The translations under genes were made by a program, and so were the position numbers. DNA of 54,103 nt from a bacterium. Lineage in GTDB: Bacteria; UBA6262; WVXT01. The stretch is taken from positions 1-54,103 of the forward strand of contig JBHIBS010000008.1 of the NCBI GenBank assembly GCA_046759165.1, given 5' to 3'. Shown here in pieces: positions 1 through 10,249 of this stretch (position 1 is the stretch's first letter; the number at the start of each line of letters is the position of its first letter). The notes beneath the pieces were generated by a model. The model was given only the letters and a program-made list of their open reading frames with translations. It had not been told where the DNA came from and ran no database searches.

Positions 1-35
1 TTAAAACTTCTAAAAAAACTCGGGCTAGCTTTTTT

Positions 36-140
36 CGTTATCGGCAACTGCGCAGACTGAACGAGAACCACCACTAAATCATTGGTCCCCGAGCTTTGCG
101 CTCCACCCTCTCGGAATAGATTGCCCATTTGGGATATTCG
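36..140 (-). promoter_or_regulatory. c-di-GMP-I (GEMM-I) riboswitch aptamer
   Basis: Minus strand reads AUGGGCAAUCUAUUCC-GAGA-GGGUGGAGCGCAAAGCU...CAGUUGCCGAUA: GGGCAA, GNRA-capped P2, GCGCAAAGC and GUUGCCG are GEMM-I signatures; regulated gene lies off the left edge. Confidence 0.8.
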
Positions 141-154
141 GCTTTTTCGGGAAA

Positions 155-183
155 AGTATACAAAATTGTCCGTCTATTGTCAA
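155..183 (-). promoter_or_regulatory. sigma70-type promoter for the riboswitch leader
   Basis: TTGACA-N17-TATACT on minus strand directly upstream of the aptamer. Confidence 0.75.
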
Positions 184-237
184 GTACATTTAGACGATCT
201 TGGACAAGTTTGGGAGAATCTGGACGATTTGCCGGGG

Positions 238-2634
238 CTAGTCGGAAAGCTCTTCCAAGATGACCTGTGTATCAGTTTCCCTGGCGAGTTCTTCGCAAAC
301 TTCCTTGAATTCTGGATACTCTTCTACGGAAACTGAAGTCTTCTTATCTATCAATCTTTCTTCGAAACTGATTAATCCCTTAGTAAAGGTATACTTATAG
401 CTATAGCTAAACCATGGAGTATCCTTAACAATACGTGCAGGCAGAAACTTCACAGTTAGGTGGCCTGGAAGTTCCACTCTAATTTTTGTCTCGTTTTCAT
501 AAAGTGCTCGAAAATCTAATGGAAAGTTCCGCTTCTTTCTGGATACTAAAGATGCTGACAGGCTTCCAAATTTTGGAAGGAGTCTATTCCTTCCGGCTCT
601 GGTTACAAATTTGGGCCCTTTAAACTCCATTCTGATCTCGACTGGCTGGTTTAAGTCATCCACGTTGCTTATTCTATAATTGACAAGTTCTCCTCCTGGC
701 GTAATTGTATTTATTTTCTCCTTAAGTTCTTCCTGAACAAGCACAGGCTTAGTATACTTAAGCCAGACTCTCTGACCCTGGTCGTACGTCCCGAAAGTAT
801 TAATTTCTCGAGTCCCAGAGATAGTTTCGTCGTCATAAATTCTAATTTCCATTGTCTTAGAAACTTTATTATGCTGTGAAGGGAAAAGGGGGATCTTCTC
901 AATTCTTCCACCCCTTTCATAAAACACCAAAACCTTTCTATCCTGGTCGGAAGTAGGAAGATCTCCAAAAGACGCTGTTTCCGCTGTGGGATCCAGAAAG
1001 ACCATCTTTCTATCAACTTCTGCCACCACTATAGCATGATTAAAAGTCAATATCGGAAATTCTTCATCTAAAACCCAGCAGCCTCTGGTACCAATTAGCA
1101 CAGGATGGGCTGAAATTCCGCAATATTTTAACATTGCAATTAGAAGCATAGCCTGATCTTTGCAATCACCATACTTGTTTTTGAAAATTTCAATGGCAGA
1201 GTGGGGCTCAAATCCTGCCTGACCATACTCTACAGCCACATATCTAACCTTGGAGGCCACCCAGTGATAGATTGCCCTGGCTTTCTCTTCCTGTGTTTTC
1301 TTGGCCTTAGTCAGTTCTCTCACTTTTCTTTTTGTTTCCTTATCAACATTCACCTTGTCCTTTGTCAAATTCCACCACCAGTCATAGATATCCTCCCACC
1401 TCTTAAATGAAGAGAGAGAAAGCCTGGGCACAATTTCTTGCCAGGGAGGCATCGAGGGTTCCGCAATTATTTCCGGCGCATTCTTAAATTCCCAAATGTA
1501 AATTCTCTTATCGCCCGCTTCATTAATTTCTGGAGAGAAATCCACCTTGTAATTTGTATATTCTGGATTATAAGATTTAAAATTAAATTCGTAATCTGCT
1601 GGAACTACTACAGTGAGTTTCTGATCAAGGTAAGGTTCGTAACCCTGAATGCCATAGTGGTGGGAGAAATCTCTTTTATTAATTAATCTATTGATGTACC
1701 ATTTTGCTTTGTATTCAATAATCGAGCCTTCAGCAACTTCTGGCATTGAGATAATTTTCACTCGAGCATTACTGTAGAGAGGATAATTCAGATATCTGGA
1801 AACATCCCGAATATGTTTATCACCAACTGGGACAATTGTGCCATCGGGCCTTATCGTCCGGGCATATTCGAGCTCAACTTTCTCATATGTCGAATCGTAA
1901 TTCAACTCCACTTCTCCGTAGCGCTTTCCGCGGTCATTCAATATCTTCACTATGAAGTGGGCCTCATCCGTAGCAGTATAGTCAGGCAAAATCTCAAATT
2001 TTTTATCGTTTAAAAGGATTATTGCTCCTGCATTTGGATACTCTTCCTGCCCGGGAGCATTCTCAATCAAGTCTCGTATGAATTTGTTTTCTATTTCATC
2101 TACCCTAAACACCCCAATCTGAGCATTAATTGCTGTAATACGCTCAGAAGCAAGAAGTTTGTAGTCTCCTCCAGTAATCTTTCTATAAGCCTTAATTGCC
2201 TGATCAAAGAGATTCTGCTTTTCGCAAGTCCGTCCGTAAAAATATAGAAACTCGTCGTCCTTAGATTCTTCATATTTGTCGAAAATAGCCAGAGCTTCAG
2301 TATAGTGTGCCTGCATAAAATGTGAGAGGGCAAGGAGTTTCCCGATAGCAAAATTATCTTTCTCCTTTTGGTAAACCTGGGATAACTCCTTAATCGCTTC
2401 TGGATATTTACCGTGTTGGTAATAAAACCTGCCCAGTAGAAAACGTACCTCGCTAACATTGGCCTTAGGGTCCTGTAATGCCAAATTGTACTCATTCACA
2501 GCTTCATGGAAAAAACGCTCACTTTTCTCGGCGTACTCGTTTGCTAACTCCAGATGGCTCCTGCCAAGAACTGGCGAAGCTGCAGAGCAAATAAATAAAA
2601 AAAACAGAAAAACAGACAAAGTCTTCCTTCTCAA
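238..2634 (-). CDS. Exported TPR + DUF3857/transglutaminase-like domain protein
   Basis: Signal peptide, N-terminal TPR-like helices, GDCKD and FNH transglutaminase-like motifs, 798 aa. Confidence 0.8.
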   Translation of the reverse strand: MRRKTLSVFLFFLFICSAASPVLGRSHLELANEYAEKSERFFHEAVNEYNLALQDPKANVSEVRFLLGRFYYQHGKYPEAIKELSQVYQKEKDNFAIGKLLALSHFMQAHYTEALAIFDKYEESKDDEFLYFYGRTCEKQNLFDQAIKAYRKITGGDYKLLASERITAINAQIGVFRVDEIENKFIRDLIENAPGQEEYPNAGAIILLNDKKFEILPDYTATDEAHFIVKILNDRGKRYGEVELNYDSTYEKVELEYARTIRPDGTIVPVGDKHIRDVSRYLNYPLYSNARVKIISMPEVAEGSIIEYKAKWYINRLINKRDFSHHYGIQGYEPYLDQKLTVVVPADYEFNFKSYNPEYTNYKVDFSPEINEAGDKRIYIWEFKNAPEIIAEPSMPPWQEIVPRLSLSSFKRWEDIYDWWWNLTKDKVNVDKETKRKVRELTKAKKTQEEKARAIYHWVASKVRYVAVEYGQAGFEPHSAIEIFKNKYGDCKDQAMLLIAMLKYCGISAHPVLIGTRGCWVLDEEFPILTFNHAIVVAEVDRKMVFLDPTAETASFGDLPTSDQDRKVLVFYERGGRIEKIPLFPSQHNKVSKTMEIRIYDDETISGTREINTFGTYDQGQRVWLKYTKPVLVQEELKEKINTITPGGELVNYRISNVDDLNQPVEIRMEFKGPKFVTRAGRNRLLPKFGSLSASLVSRKKRNFPLDFRALYENETKIRVELPGHLTVKFLPARIVKDTPWFSYSYKYTFTKGLISFEERLIDKKTSVSVEEYPEFKEVCEELARETDTQVILEELSD

Positions 2635-2675
2635 AATCTTCTCCTCTAAATATAGCGTTAAGAACCAATTTGGTC

Positions 2676-3128
2676 CTATTCTATCTCTTTTAACATAGCT
2701 ATCTCTTCACAATTGGGGAATTTTGGACAATTAATACACTCGCTCCATATCTTGTGAGGTAGCTCGTCCTTTTCTATCTTCCTAAACCCCCTTTTCTCAA
2801 AATATTCTGGGGTAAAGGTAAGAGCAAAAACTTTCTTTATTCCCAGTGGCTCTGTCTCCTTAAGACATACCTCAATGAGCTTTCTGCCAATTCCCTTTCC
2901 AGTGTATCCGGGCTTAACCGCCAGAGATTTCATTTCAGCAAGGTCTTCCCAGGAGACATGCAAAGCACAACAACCCAAGAGTTCTCCTTTTTCCTCAAAA
3001 ACTAGGAAATCCCTTATATTTTCATAAAGTTCATTTAACGACCTCGGCAACATCTCTCCTCGCTCAGCATAAAAATTTATCATCTTATGTATATCTTTGA
3101 TGTCAGAAATTCTAGCTTTTCGAATCAT
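2676..3128 (-). CDS. GNAT N-acetyltransferase (short ArgA-like amino-acid acetyltransferase)
   Basis: MLPRSL..LYE.IRDF, G.GIGRKL acetyl-CoA motif, LPHKIWSEC..C..FPNC C-terminus. Confidence 0.8.
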   Translation of the reverse strand: MIRKARISDIKDIHKMINFYAERGEMLPRSLNELYENIRDFLVFEEKGELLGCCALHVSWEDLAEMKSLAVKPGYTGKGIGRKLIEVCLKETEPLGIKKVFALTFTPEYFEKRGFRKIEKDELPHKIWSECINCPKFPNCEEIAMLKEIE

Positions 3129-3658
3129 CTACATTCTTCCCCTTTCCTGAGCGCTTCTTTATTCAGCTTAAGTAGGTCCTCCCTTCCCTCGCCCAGCACT
3201 TTTTTTAAAGATTCCATGGTTCGCTCCAGGGAGACTACCTTTCTTCTGTTTATGTATGCTCCCAAAATCACCATGTTCGTCACTCTACTGTCTCCTAACT
3301 TCTCTGCCAGCTGTGTGGCTGGAATCTTTGAGACTTCAACGCCATCAATTCTTATTTCTTTCTTCGACAAAGATGAATTTACTATTATCAATCCGCCTTT
3401 CTTGACTTTTGAGGCAAACCTTTCTAAAGAGCCCCCATCCATTGCCAGAAGAGCAGAAGGGTTAGTCACCACAGGGGAACCTATGTTCTCAACAGAAATG
3501 ATCACTGTGCAGTTAGCGGTCCCACCACGCATTTCCGCTCCATAGGAAGGAAAGTAAGTTACATTGAGTCCTTCCTCCATTGCGGCGTGGGCGAGCAAAG
3601 TCCCGGCAAACATTATTCCCTGTCCACCGGAGCCAGCGATAATTACCTCTTCCCTCAC
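3125..3658 (-). CDS. 2-oxoacid:ferredoxin oxidoreductase gamma subunit
   Basis: AGSGGQG and PSYGAEMRGGTA motifs; operon context. Confidence 0.9.
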   Translation of the reverse strand: MREEVIIAGSGGQGIMFAGTLLAHAAMEEGLNVTYFPSYGAEMRGGTANCTVIISVENIGSPVVTNPSALLAMDGGSLERFASKVKKGGLIIVNSSLSKKEIRIDGVEVSKIPATQLAEKLGDSRVTNMVILGAYINRRKVVSLERTMESLKKVLGEGREDLLKLNKEALRKGEECR

Positions 3659-3674
3659 AAATTTCCTCTCTGTG

Positions 3675-4412
3675 TCAAGTTTTATCTTTTATCACTCCCA
3701 ACGGAAAAGTAGCTACTATTTTCTCTTCAATCCACCTCAGTGCTTCCAAGGGGCTAACCCCCCATCCCGTGGGACACATGGATAGTACTTCCACCAATGA
3801 GAACCCTTTATTCTGTAGCTGAGTCTGAAATGCTTTCTTGATTGCTCTCTTTGCCTTAATGGTATTTTTTGGACTATTCACTGCTACCCTCTCAATATAA
3901 ACAGAGCCTTCCAGCTGTCCCAGTGCTTCCGAAATCTTTATGGGATAGCCAGCAATTTTAGGGTCTCTCCCCAGAGGAGTGGTAGTAGTCTTCTGAGCGA
4001 TAAGTGTTGTGGGAGCCATCTGACCACCGGTCATACCATAGACACCATTGTTGATGAATATGATGGTAATATTTTCTCCCCGATTGGCAGCATGGACCGT
4101 TTCCGCTGTGCCGATTGCAGCCAGATCACCATCACCCTGATAGGTAAAAACAATTCTATCCGGAAGGACTCTCTTGATTCCAGTACCCACAGCAGGAGGC
4201 CTTCCATGCGCTGCCTCTGTAACGTCCAAATTCCAATAATCGTAAGCGAAAACAGCACATCCCACTGGCGCAACGCCAATTGTCTTCTCTCTTATTTCCA
4301 GTTCATCGATAACTTCAGCAATTAGCCGGTGGACAATCCCATGCCCGCAACCCGGGCAATAAAGATTTCTTCTTGCTCTCAAACTTTCTGGTCGTGAAAA
4401 TAGTTTTTTCAT
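3675..4412 (-). CDS. 2-oxoacid:ferredoxin oxidoreductase beta (TPP-binding) subunit
   Basis: YCPGCGHG and GDGD...NN TPP motif; start moved to ATG 4412 (ATGA overlap with alpha stop). Confidence 0.9.
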   Translation of the reverse strand: MKKLFSRPESLRARRNLYCPGCGHGIVHRLIAEVIDELEIREKTIGVAPVGCAVFAYDYWNLDVTEAAHGRPPAVGTGIKRVLPDRIVFTYQGDGDLAAIGTAETVHAANRGENITIIFINNGVYGMTGGQMAPTTLIAQKTTTTPLGRDPKIAGYPIKISEALGQLEGSVYIERVAVNSPKNTIKAKRAIKKAFQTQLQNKGFSLVEVLSMCPTGWGVSPLEALRWIEEKIVATFPLGVIKDKT

Positions 4413-5467
4413 CTCGATATTTTCCGAATCCTGTCCACAATTACATCCACTTCTGGAATACCACCCCCAGGCCTTCCATAAAAATATACCGGGCATTTCC
4501 CATTACTTGCCAGCCGCACATCCTCAACCATCTGTCCAAAACTCATTTCTATAACCAAAAAAGCCTTTAATCTGTCCACATTTTCAGCTATAACTTTCTC
4601 TGGAAAAGGCCAGAGTGTAATTGGCCTAACCAATCCCACCCTCGTCCCCCTTTGCCTGGCAATGTTCATTGCCTCAGTACATATCCGAGCAGAGGTGCCA
4701 TAGCCAACCAGTGCCACCTCAGCATCTTCGAGATTATCTATCTCCACTTTTACCTCCGACCTCCTCATCTTTTCATACTTCTTATTCAGTTCCCAGTTGT
4801 GCTCTTCCAGGGCTCCTTCGTCCATCAGTAGTGAACGAACCATTCGAGGTTCTCTCCCTTTACAACCATCCAGAATCCAATCCTTTTTGGCACTGAAATT
4901 TGACATAGGATTTTTCTTCCCAGTCCTTACCGGTTCAAGCATCTGGCCCAAAATCCCATCAGCAAGGACAATTACAGGATTTCTGTACTTATCAGCTAAA
5001 TCGAAAGCTTCCTGAGTTAGATTATACATCTCCTGAACTGAGGCGGGAGCCAGCACAATCAAGTAGTAATCTCCGTGTCCACCTCCTCTTGTTGCCTGAA
5101 AGTAATCCCCCTGGGCGCCTGAAATATTCCCCAATCCAGGTCCTCCCCTCTGAATATTTACAATCACACCCGGGAGTTCACAACCTACCATATAGGAGAT
5201 GCCTTCCTGTTTCAAGCTTATTCCAGGAGAGGAAGAAGAAGTCATTGCCCGTGTACCTGCCAGAGAAGCGCCAAAGACCATATTAATTGCAGCTATCTCG
5301 CTTTCCGCCTGGATAAACACTCTTCCTTCTTCTACCATCCTCCTAGCCATATATGCAGTTAGCTCGTTCTGGGGAGTGATAGGATAGCCAAAATAGGCTT
5401 GGCAGCCTGCCTGTATTGCTCCCTCACCGACAGCATGATTCCCTTTCATCAAAATTCTATGTTCCAT
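4409..5467 (-). CDS. 2-oxoacid:ferredoxin oxidoreductase alpha subunit (VorB/KorA-like)
   Basis: GYPITPQ, QAESE, TSSSSPG, RGGPGLG motifs. Confidence 0.9.
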   Translation of the reverse strand: MEHRILMKGNHAVGEGAIQAGCQAYFGYPITPQNELTAYMARRMVEEGRVFIQAESEIAAINMVFGASLAGTRAMTSSSSPGISLKQEGISYMVGCELPGVIVNIQRGGPGLGNISGAQGDYFQATRGGGHGDYYLIVLAPASVQEMYNLTQEAFDLADKYRNPVIVLADGILGQMLEPVRTGKKNPMSNFSAKKDWILDGCKGREPRMVRSLLMDEGALEEHNWELNKKYEKMRRSEVKVEIDNLEDAEVALVGYGTSARICTEAMNIARQRGTRVGLVRPITLWPFPEKVIAENVDRLKAFLVIEMSFGQMVEDVRLASNGKCPVYFYGRPGGGIPEVDVIVDRIRKISR

Positions 5468-5663
5468 CCTTATTTAACCCTACAAAACAAATTATTCTAA
5501 CATTCGTAACCCCGAACCCATCCATCATTTCTTATGTCGGACACATCTGGCCAAAAACACTTAATGAAAAAGTTAATTCATGAAGAGCATTTGAAATTTT
5601 CAGGGAAGAAATCAAGCGCCCAATATCTCTTCCAAGCAACGCATTGTTATAACTCATACATTT

Positions 5664-5919
5664 AAAAGATAGTTTGTGAAGAGTTCTTGGAATTTTAGCC
5701 AAAAAACGAGAACGACATATCCTCTAATGCAAGGGGATTTGGTGTAGTGAGCATTAGAATTCTTAGCCAAAAATCGAAGATCAGAGTTTAGCTGAAACTG
5801 ACCGTAAGGAATTTGGGGAAACTCCTGAGATTTTTGGCGGTGCTCGAAGAGCAAAAAATTGTCAGCGAGCGAACCAAATCCCGAGCATATATTCCTTAGC
5901 GATGAACAAACTATCTTTT
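5664..5919. mobile_element. MITE-like element, full copy A with 14-bp terminal inverted repeats
   Basis: AAAAGATAGTTTGT (5664-5677) / ACAAACTATCTTTT (5906-5919); internal blocks recur near 8102, 15148, 34153, 36073 and 41803. Confidence 0.65.
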
Positions 5920-6125
5920 TACTCCTTCCACACTTCAATTGCCACATCAGGACACATCTGATAACACAAGCCACAACTGTTACACTCCCCATTATCAATA
6001 AACTCAGCAGGATGGTAGCCGTCCGGGTTTAGCTTTTCTGATAACTTTATGAGATGTTTTGGACACGATACGACGCATAACTTGCAACCTTTACACTGCT
6101 TGATATCTATTATAATTTTTCCCAT
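5919..6125 (-). CDS. 2x[4Fe-4S] ferredoxin (oxidoreductase delta subunit)
   Basis: Two CxxCxxCxxxCP motifs, 68 aa. Confidence 0.9.
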   Translation of the reverse strand: MGKIIIDIKQCKGCKLCVVSCPKHLIKLSEKLNPDGYHPAEFIDNGECNSCGLCYQMCPDVAIEVWKE

Positions 6126-6140
6126 ATGTTTACCAAAATT

Positions 6141-7805
6141 TCAAGACTGGCATTCTCTTATCATTTCTCTGGCGTGTTTTAAAGTTATCTCTGTCAGCCG
6201 TTCCCCGCCCAACATGCGCGCAATCTCGCTCTCCCTTCCCTTTCTATCCAAAACATCAACTAATGTCTTTGTGCGTCCACCACTAATCTTTTTGCCCACA
6301 AAATAGTGATTCGATGCGAAAACAGCAATTTGTGGAAGGTGAGTAATGCAGATAACCTGATGATTGGGATAGAGGGTTCTCATTTTTCTACCCACAACCT
6401 GGGCAATTCTTCCGCCAATGGCTACGTCGATCTCATCAAAGATCAAAGTCGGTATCCGATCTGCACGCGCCAGAACAGTCTTCAGCGCTAACATTATACG
6501 CGATATCTCTCCTCCAGAAGCAATCTGATTTATAGGCTTTAAATCCTCTCCCACATTGGGAGCCACCAGAAACTTGATTTCGTCCATTCCGCTAGATTTT
6601 ATTTCGCCTTGTTTAATCTCGATATGGAATCTCGCCCTTCCCATCCCCAACCCCCTCAGTTCCTGTTCCGTTTTCTTCTTTAACTTGGCTCCTGCTATTT
6701 TTCTCTCACGAGAAAGCCTGCCAGCCTCCCGTGCAAGTTCTTCTTCCAGTCTTTCTACCTCACTTGTAATCTCTTCCATACTGCTCGCACTATGAAGCAG
6801 CTTGTCCAACTTAACCTGTGTTTCTTTTCTATAATTCAGAATTTCTTTTATTGTATTTCCATATTTTCTCTTAAGTTTACTAATTAACTCTTTCCTTTCC
6901 AGTATCTCTTCCAGCCTTTGAGGGTTGAACTCTATTTTTCTTCTATAATCCCTTATCGTTACAGCCATCTCATCTATTTGATACTTTACCTCACTTAGTT
7001 CCTTCAACTTATCCTTTAGCGTCTGGTCGATAGCAACAATCCTTTCCAGACCTTTCTCCACCAAGGCCATCTTCTCCGTAATGGAACCCGCTCCTTCATA
7101 AAGATGGTGATAAAGTTCCTGGCTCAACTGGTCCAACTTTTCCGCATTACTCAAAACCTTATATTCTTTTTCCAGAACCTCTTCTTCCTCGACAGAGAGA
7201 TTAGCATGGTCAATCTCTTCTATTTGAAATCGATAAAGGTCGATCTGCTGTTCCCGTTCTTTCTCTGAGGCACGCAATTCTTCCAGTTCACGTGATTTCT
7301 CTCGAAACTTAAGGTAGGTCTCTTCAGTTCTCTTCCTGAGCTTCATCAACACTCCGAATTCATCCAAGAGGTCCCTGGCAACACTGGGCTTGAGCAAGGC
7401 CTGATGTTCATGTTGTCCGTGCACATCAACTAAATAGTTACCGATTTCTTCCAGCATTCCCAAAGTAATAATCTGACCGTTCAGGAAACAGCGACTCCTT
7501 CCTTGTCGACTCAATTCCCTTTTTAGGATAAACTCTTCTTCTTGGCTCAAGAGACCCTTCTCAGAGAGCATCTCCTTCAACCTGATATTCTCCTTAATCC
7601 CAAACAGTCCCACAACCTCACACAGGTCACTCCCTTTCCTGATAACTTCAGAAGAGGCTCGCCCGCCCAGGATTAGCCCGATTGCTCCAATAATAATCGA
7701 TTTACCAGCTCCAGTCTCGCCGGTCAAAATATTCAAACCCTTATCAAAAGATATATGCAATTCTTCAATCAAAGCAAAATTCTTTATATATAACTCTTGT
7801 AACAT
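6141..7805 (-). CDS. recN: DNA repair protein RecN
   Basis: TGETGAGKS, VHGQHE, ASGGE, FDEID, ITHLPQ motifs. Confidence 0.95.
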   Translation of the reverse strand: MLQELYIKNFALIEELHISFDKGLNILTGETGAGKSIIIGAIGLILGGRASSEVIRKGSDLCEVVGLFGIKENIRLKEMLSEKGLLSQEEEFILKRELSRQGRSRCFLNGQIITLGMLEEIGNYLVDVHGQHEHQALLKPSVARDLLDEFGVLMKLRKRTEETYLKFREKSRELEELRASEKEREQQIDLYRFQIEEIDHANLSVEEEEVLEKEYKVLSNAEKLDQLSQELYHHLYEGAGSITEKMALVEKGLERIVAIDQTLKDKLKELSEVKYQIDEMAVTIRDYRRKIEFNPQRLEEILERKELISKLKRKYGNTIKEILNYRKETQVKLDKLLHSASSMEEITSEVERLEEELAREAGRLSRERKIAGAKLKKKTEQELRGLGMGRARFHIEIKQGEIKSSGMDEIKFLVAPNVGEDLKPINQIASGGEISRIMLALKTVLARADRIPTLIFDEIDVAIGGRIAQVVGRKMRTLYPNHQVICITHLPQIAVFASNHYFVGKKISGGRTKTLVDVLDRKGRESEIARMLGGERLTEITLKHAREMIRECQS

Positions 7806-8101
7806 CGTATCCTCAAGATGTTGCCTTCAGGACGTTCAACACCATCAATTTAAGGACCACCCCGGTTGGATAGAGTAAACTCCCCGTCGTCATTATGTCT
7901 TTCGCACCCCAACGCCAAAATAATTTGCACAAATTGAATCTGTGCCACAATGCTAGTTTGCTACTGCTGACTTTTGAAACATATTTAGTGAAAAGCTTCA
8001 CGAATTTCATCGAGAAAACGAGGCGAACCACATTTCCTCAGAAGAAAACTTCGCTTTGTGATCACATTAGGAATTTTAGCAAAAAATTCGCTTCGAAACA
8101 A

Positions 8102-8280
8102 GAAAAGGGCTTGATTTGTGAAAAGCATTGGAAATTTTAGCGAGAAAACAAGGCTGACTAAATTAGCTTCCAAGCAGAATCATGTCCGACCCGAAGGGGA
8201 GTTTGATTCTGCGCCCTCCAGAGGTCGAAGTTTTCGAGCGTATAGAAATTTCCCAGCGCCGAACAAATTAAGCTCTTTTC
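8102..8280. repeat. Copy B of the dispersed repeat family (long imperfect hairpin)
   Basis: GAAAAGGGCTTGATTTGT / ACAAATTAAGCTCTTTTC termini; internal similarity to copy A; partial left-end units at ~7977 and ~8053. Confidence 0.6.
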
Positions 8281-9086
8281 TACCTTCCTCCCCACTTCAA
8301 CTTCGTCCTCAATACCTGGTAATAACTTTTCTTTTCCGGGACAATGAGTCTTAATTTTTCCTTTGCTTTCCTTACTTGAACCAAATCTCCCAACTTCAAA
8401 CGGATGTTTTCCTGTCCATCCATACTAAGAATAACCTCATGATGGTCAGCCTCAACCCAAATCTTAATCGTATCCTTAGAGGAGATAATCAATGGGCGTA
8501 AGGCCAAAGTATGGGGACAAATAGGGGACAAGATGATAAGAGATAAATCCGGGTGAACTATGGGCCCACTGGCAGCTAATGAATAGGCTGTGGAACCTGT
8601 AGGAGTGGAGACAATTAACCCGTCTCCAACATATGTGGCAACATACTGGTTATTTACTTCCAGTCTCAATCTTATTACCCTCGCTGTAACTCCGTTTTTT
8701 ACTACCACATCATTTAAGGCTAAGAATTCTCCCATGGTCTTACCTTTACGTACCACTTCGGAACGTAGTAGCATTCTCTCCACAGTTCTAAATCTCTTTT
8801 GTAAAATTAGGCCCAATGCTGGGTATAAGTTCGAGAGGCTCACTCCTGCCAGAAACCCAAGTCCACCGAGGTTAACCCCTAAAACAGGCAGATCAAATCT
8901 GCTTACCTGACGGGCTGCTTTTAGTATAGTTCCATCGCCACCCAATGCGATAACCAAATCGGCTTGCTTAGAAATCTCGTTCACTAAGACCTTTGTCTTC
9001 TTCCTCCCTAAATGAGAACTCAACTTCTCGACAGCAGATTTGGGTTTCTTGCTTTTCAGATCTGCAAGTATTGTAATAGTCTTCAT
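8280..9086 (-). CDS. nadK: NAD kinase
   Basis: GGDGT, GVNLGGLGFL, LND, DGLIVSTPTGSTAYSLAA motifs. Confidence 0.95.
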   Translation of the reverse strand: MKTITILADLKSKKPKSAVEKLSSHLGRKKTKVLVNEISKQADLVIALGGDGTILKAARQVSRFDLPVLGVNLGGLGFLAGVSLSNLYPALGLILQKRFRTVERMLLRSEVVRKGKTMGEFLALNDVVVKNGVTARVIRLRLEVNNQYVATYVGDGLIVSTPTGSTAYSLAASGPIVHPDLSLIILSPICPHTLALRPLIISSKDTIKIWVEADHHEVILSMDGQENIRLKLGDLVQVRKAKEKLRLIVPEKKSYYQVLRTKLKWGGR

Positions 9087-9162
9087 TGCATTTGCCCCCT
9101 AAAAGATTGTTGCTGGTCGCATGCTCTTCAGAATGCCGTTTCTCTTCACCGCGGACGGGGAG

Positions 9163-9735
9163 CTACTTCCCAGTTTTGGCGCACATTTTATAAAAGCTCA
9201 TTACCGTCTTCCCGTAGCGCTCTTCCCTAAAAACAGATAAGAATGCCTCTTTCTCTGGCATTTTCTCTTTAAAATGGTGCTGGTAGATAACCCAACCGTC
9301 TTTCTTTAATAGGCTCAACTTAAGTATTATACTTAATGTATCCTTAATCAGATTTAATTTATAAGGAGGTCCAGCGAAAATTAAATCGAATTGTTCATTC
9401 AGAAAAAATTTCCCCCTTTCTCTATTGTAATTCAACACATCCATTTCAATGACCTTTCCTCTCTTTTCCAGCTTACATCTTCTTAAATTCTCCCTAATCA
9501 ATCTTGTCAAGGGAATTTCTTTTTCTACAAAAAGAACATACCGCGCTCCCCGGGAGAGTGCTTCTATTCCGACACTTCCACTGCCAGCATATAAGTCCAG
9601 GAAACTCGCATCAACTACTCTATCTCCCAGAATATCAAAAAGTGACTTCTTTATTCTTCCCAAAAGTGGGCGGGTAGCCAACCCAGGCAAACTCTTTATT
9701 TTCTTGCCTCTAAGGCTACCCGCAATAATCCGCAT
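9163..9735 (-). CDS. rsmD: 16S rRNA m2G966 methyltransferase RsmD
   Basis: MRIIAG N-terminus (ATG 9735), LDLYAGSGSVGIEALSRGA; DPPY-like motif reads GPPY. Confidence 0.88.
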   Translation of the reverse strand: MRIIAGSLRGKKIKSLPGLATRPLLGRIKKSLFDILGDRVVDASFLDLYAGSGSVGIEALSRGARYVLFVEKEIPLTRLIRENLRRCKLEKRGKVIEMDVLNYNRERGKFFLNEQFDLIFAGPPYKLNLIKDTLSIILKLSLLKKDGWVIYQHHFKEKMPEKEAFLSVFREERYGKTVMSFYKMCAKTGK

Positions 9736-9761
9736 TCCTCTTACTCTTTGCACTTTCAAAA

Positions 9762-9837
9762 TGGTGGAGGCGACCGGAGTCGAACCGGCGACCTCATCCC
9801 TGCCAAGGATGCGTTCTCCCAACTGAACTACGCCCCC
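9762..9837 (-). tRNA. tRNA-Ala(GGC)
   Basis: GGGGGCG...CATCC-TTGGCAG-GGATG...GGTTCGACTCC...CGCCTCCACCA, 76 nt, G3:U70, CCA encoded. Confidence 0.95.
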
Positions 9838-9864
9838 CGCCTCACGCTCACTTTGCTAAGCTTT

Positions 9865-10215
9865 TCATTTCAGTTTTCTAATGCCTTCGGATATCTTCTT
9901 TTTCAACGAGGAGGAGTCAGCCTTTTTCTTTCTAATCTCTTTATTTATTCTATCTACCTGAGCGCACAACTTAGAAATTTTACTGTTTTTGAGCCTCTTC
10001 TCCTTAACCAACTTAAAAGTCTCAGCCCCTATTTGCTGGAAAAGTTTTGCCCTTTTACTCCCCAGTCCCATCTCCTCAACCTTTAGCTTACTGATCTTTA
10101 CGCCATAGACGGCATCCTGTTGCAAGCCTTTAGCAATTTTTACGGCCTTGGCACTCAGTTCTTTGAGTTGTTTTTCCGCTTTTTCCCACAATCTCTGAGC
10201 ATCTTTCTTTCCCAT
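9865..10215 (-). CDS. Small basic coiled-coil hypothetical protein
   Basis: 116-aa Lys-rich ORF with GGAGGAG RBS and upstream promoter. Confidence 0.7.
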   Translation of the reverse strand: MGKKDAQRLWEKAEKQLKELSAKAVKIAKGLQQDAVYGVKISKLKVEEMGLGSKRAKLFQQIGAETFKLVKEKRLKNSKISKLCAQVDRINKEIRKKKADSSSLKKKISEGIRKLK

Positions 10216-10249
10216 AAAATTTTCTCCTCCTAGTTCTTATTTTATTTTA

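Noticed and set aside
5654-5998. 114-aa minus ORF and other short ORFs over 7813-8354 and 15012-15221
   Set aside because: They coincide with the non-coding repeat family and show no protein motifs
5566-8280. Recurrent GGAATTTTAGC-type units as a CRISPR-like array
   Set aside because: Units are degenerate and irregularly spaced, with no constant repeat/spacer period and no cas genes
9736-9822. N-terminal extension of RsmD in the ORF track
   Set aside because: It is tRNA-Ala read as codons; the RsmD-like sequence starts at MRIIAG
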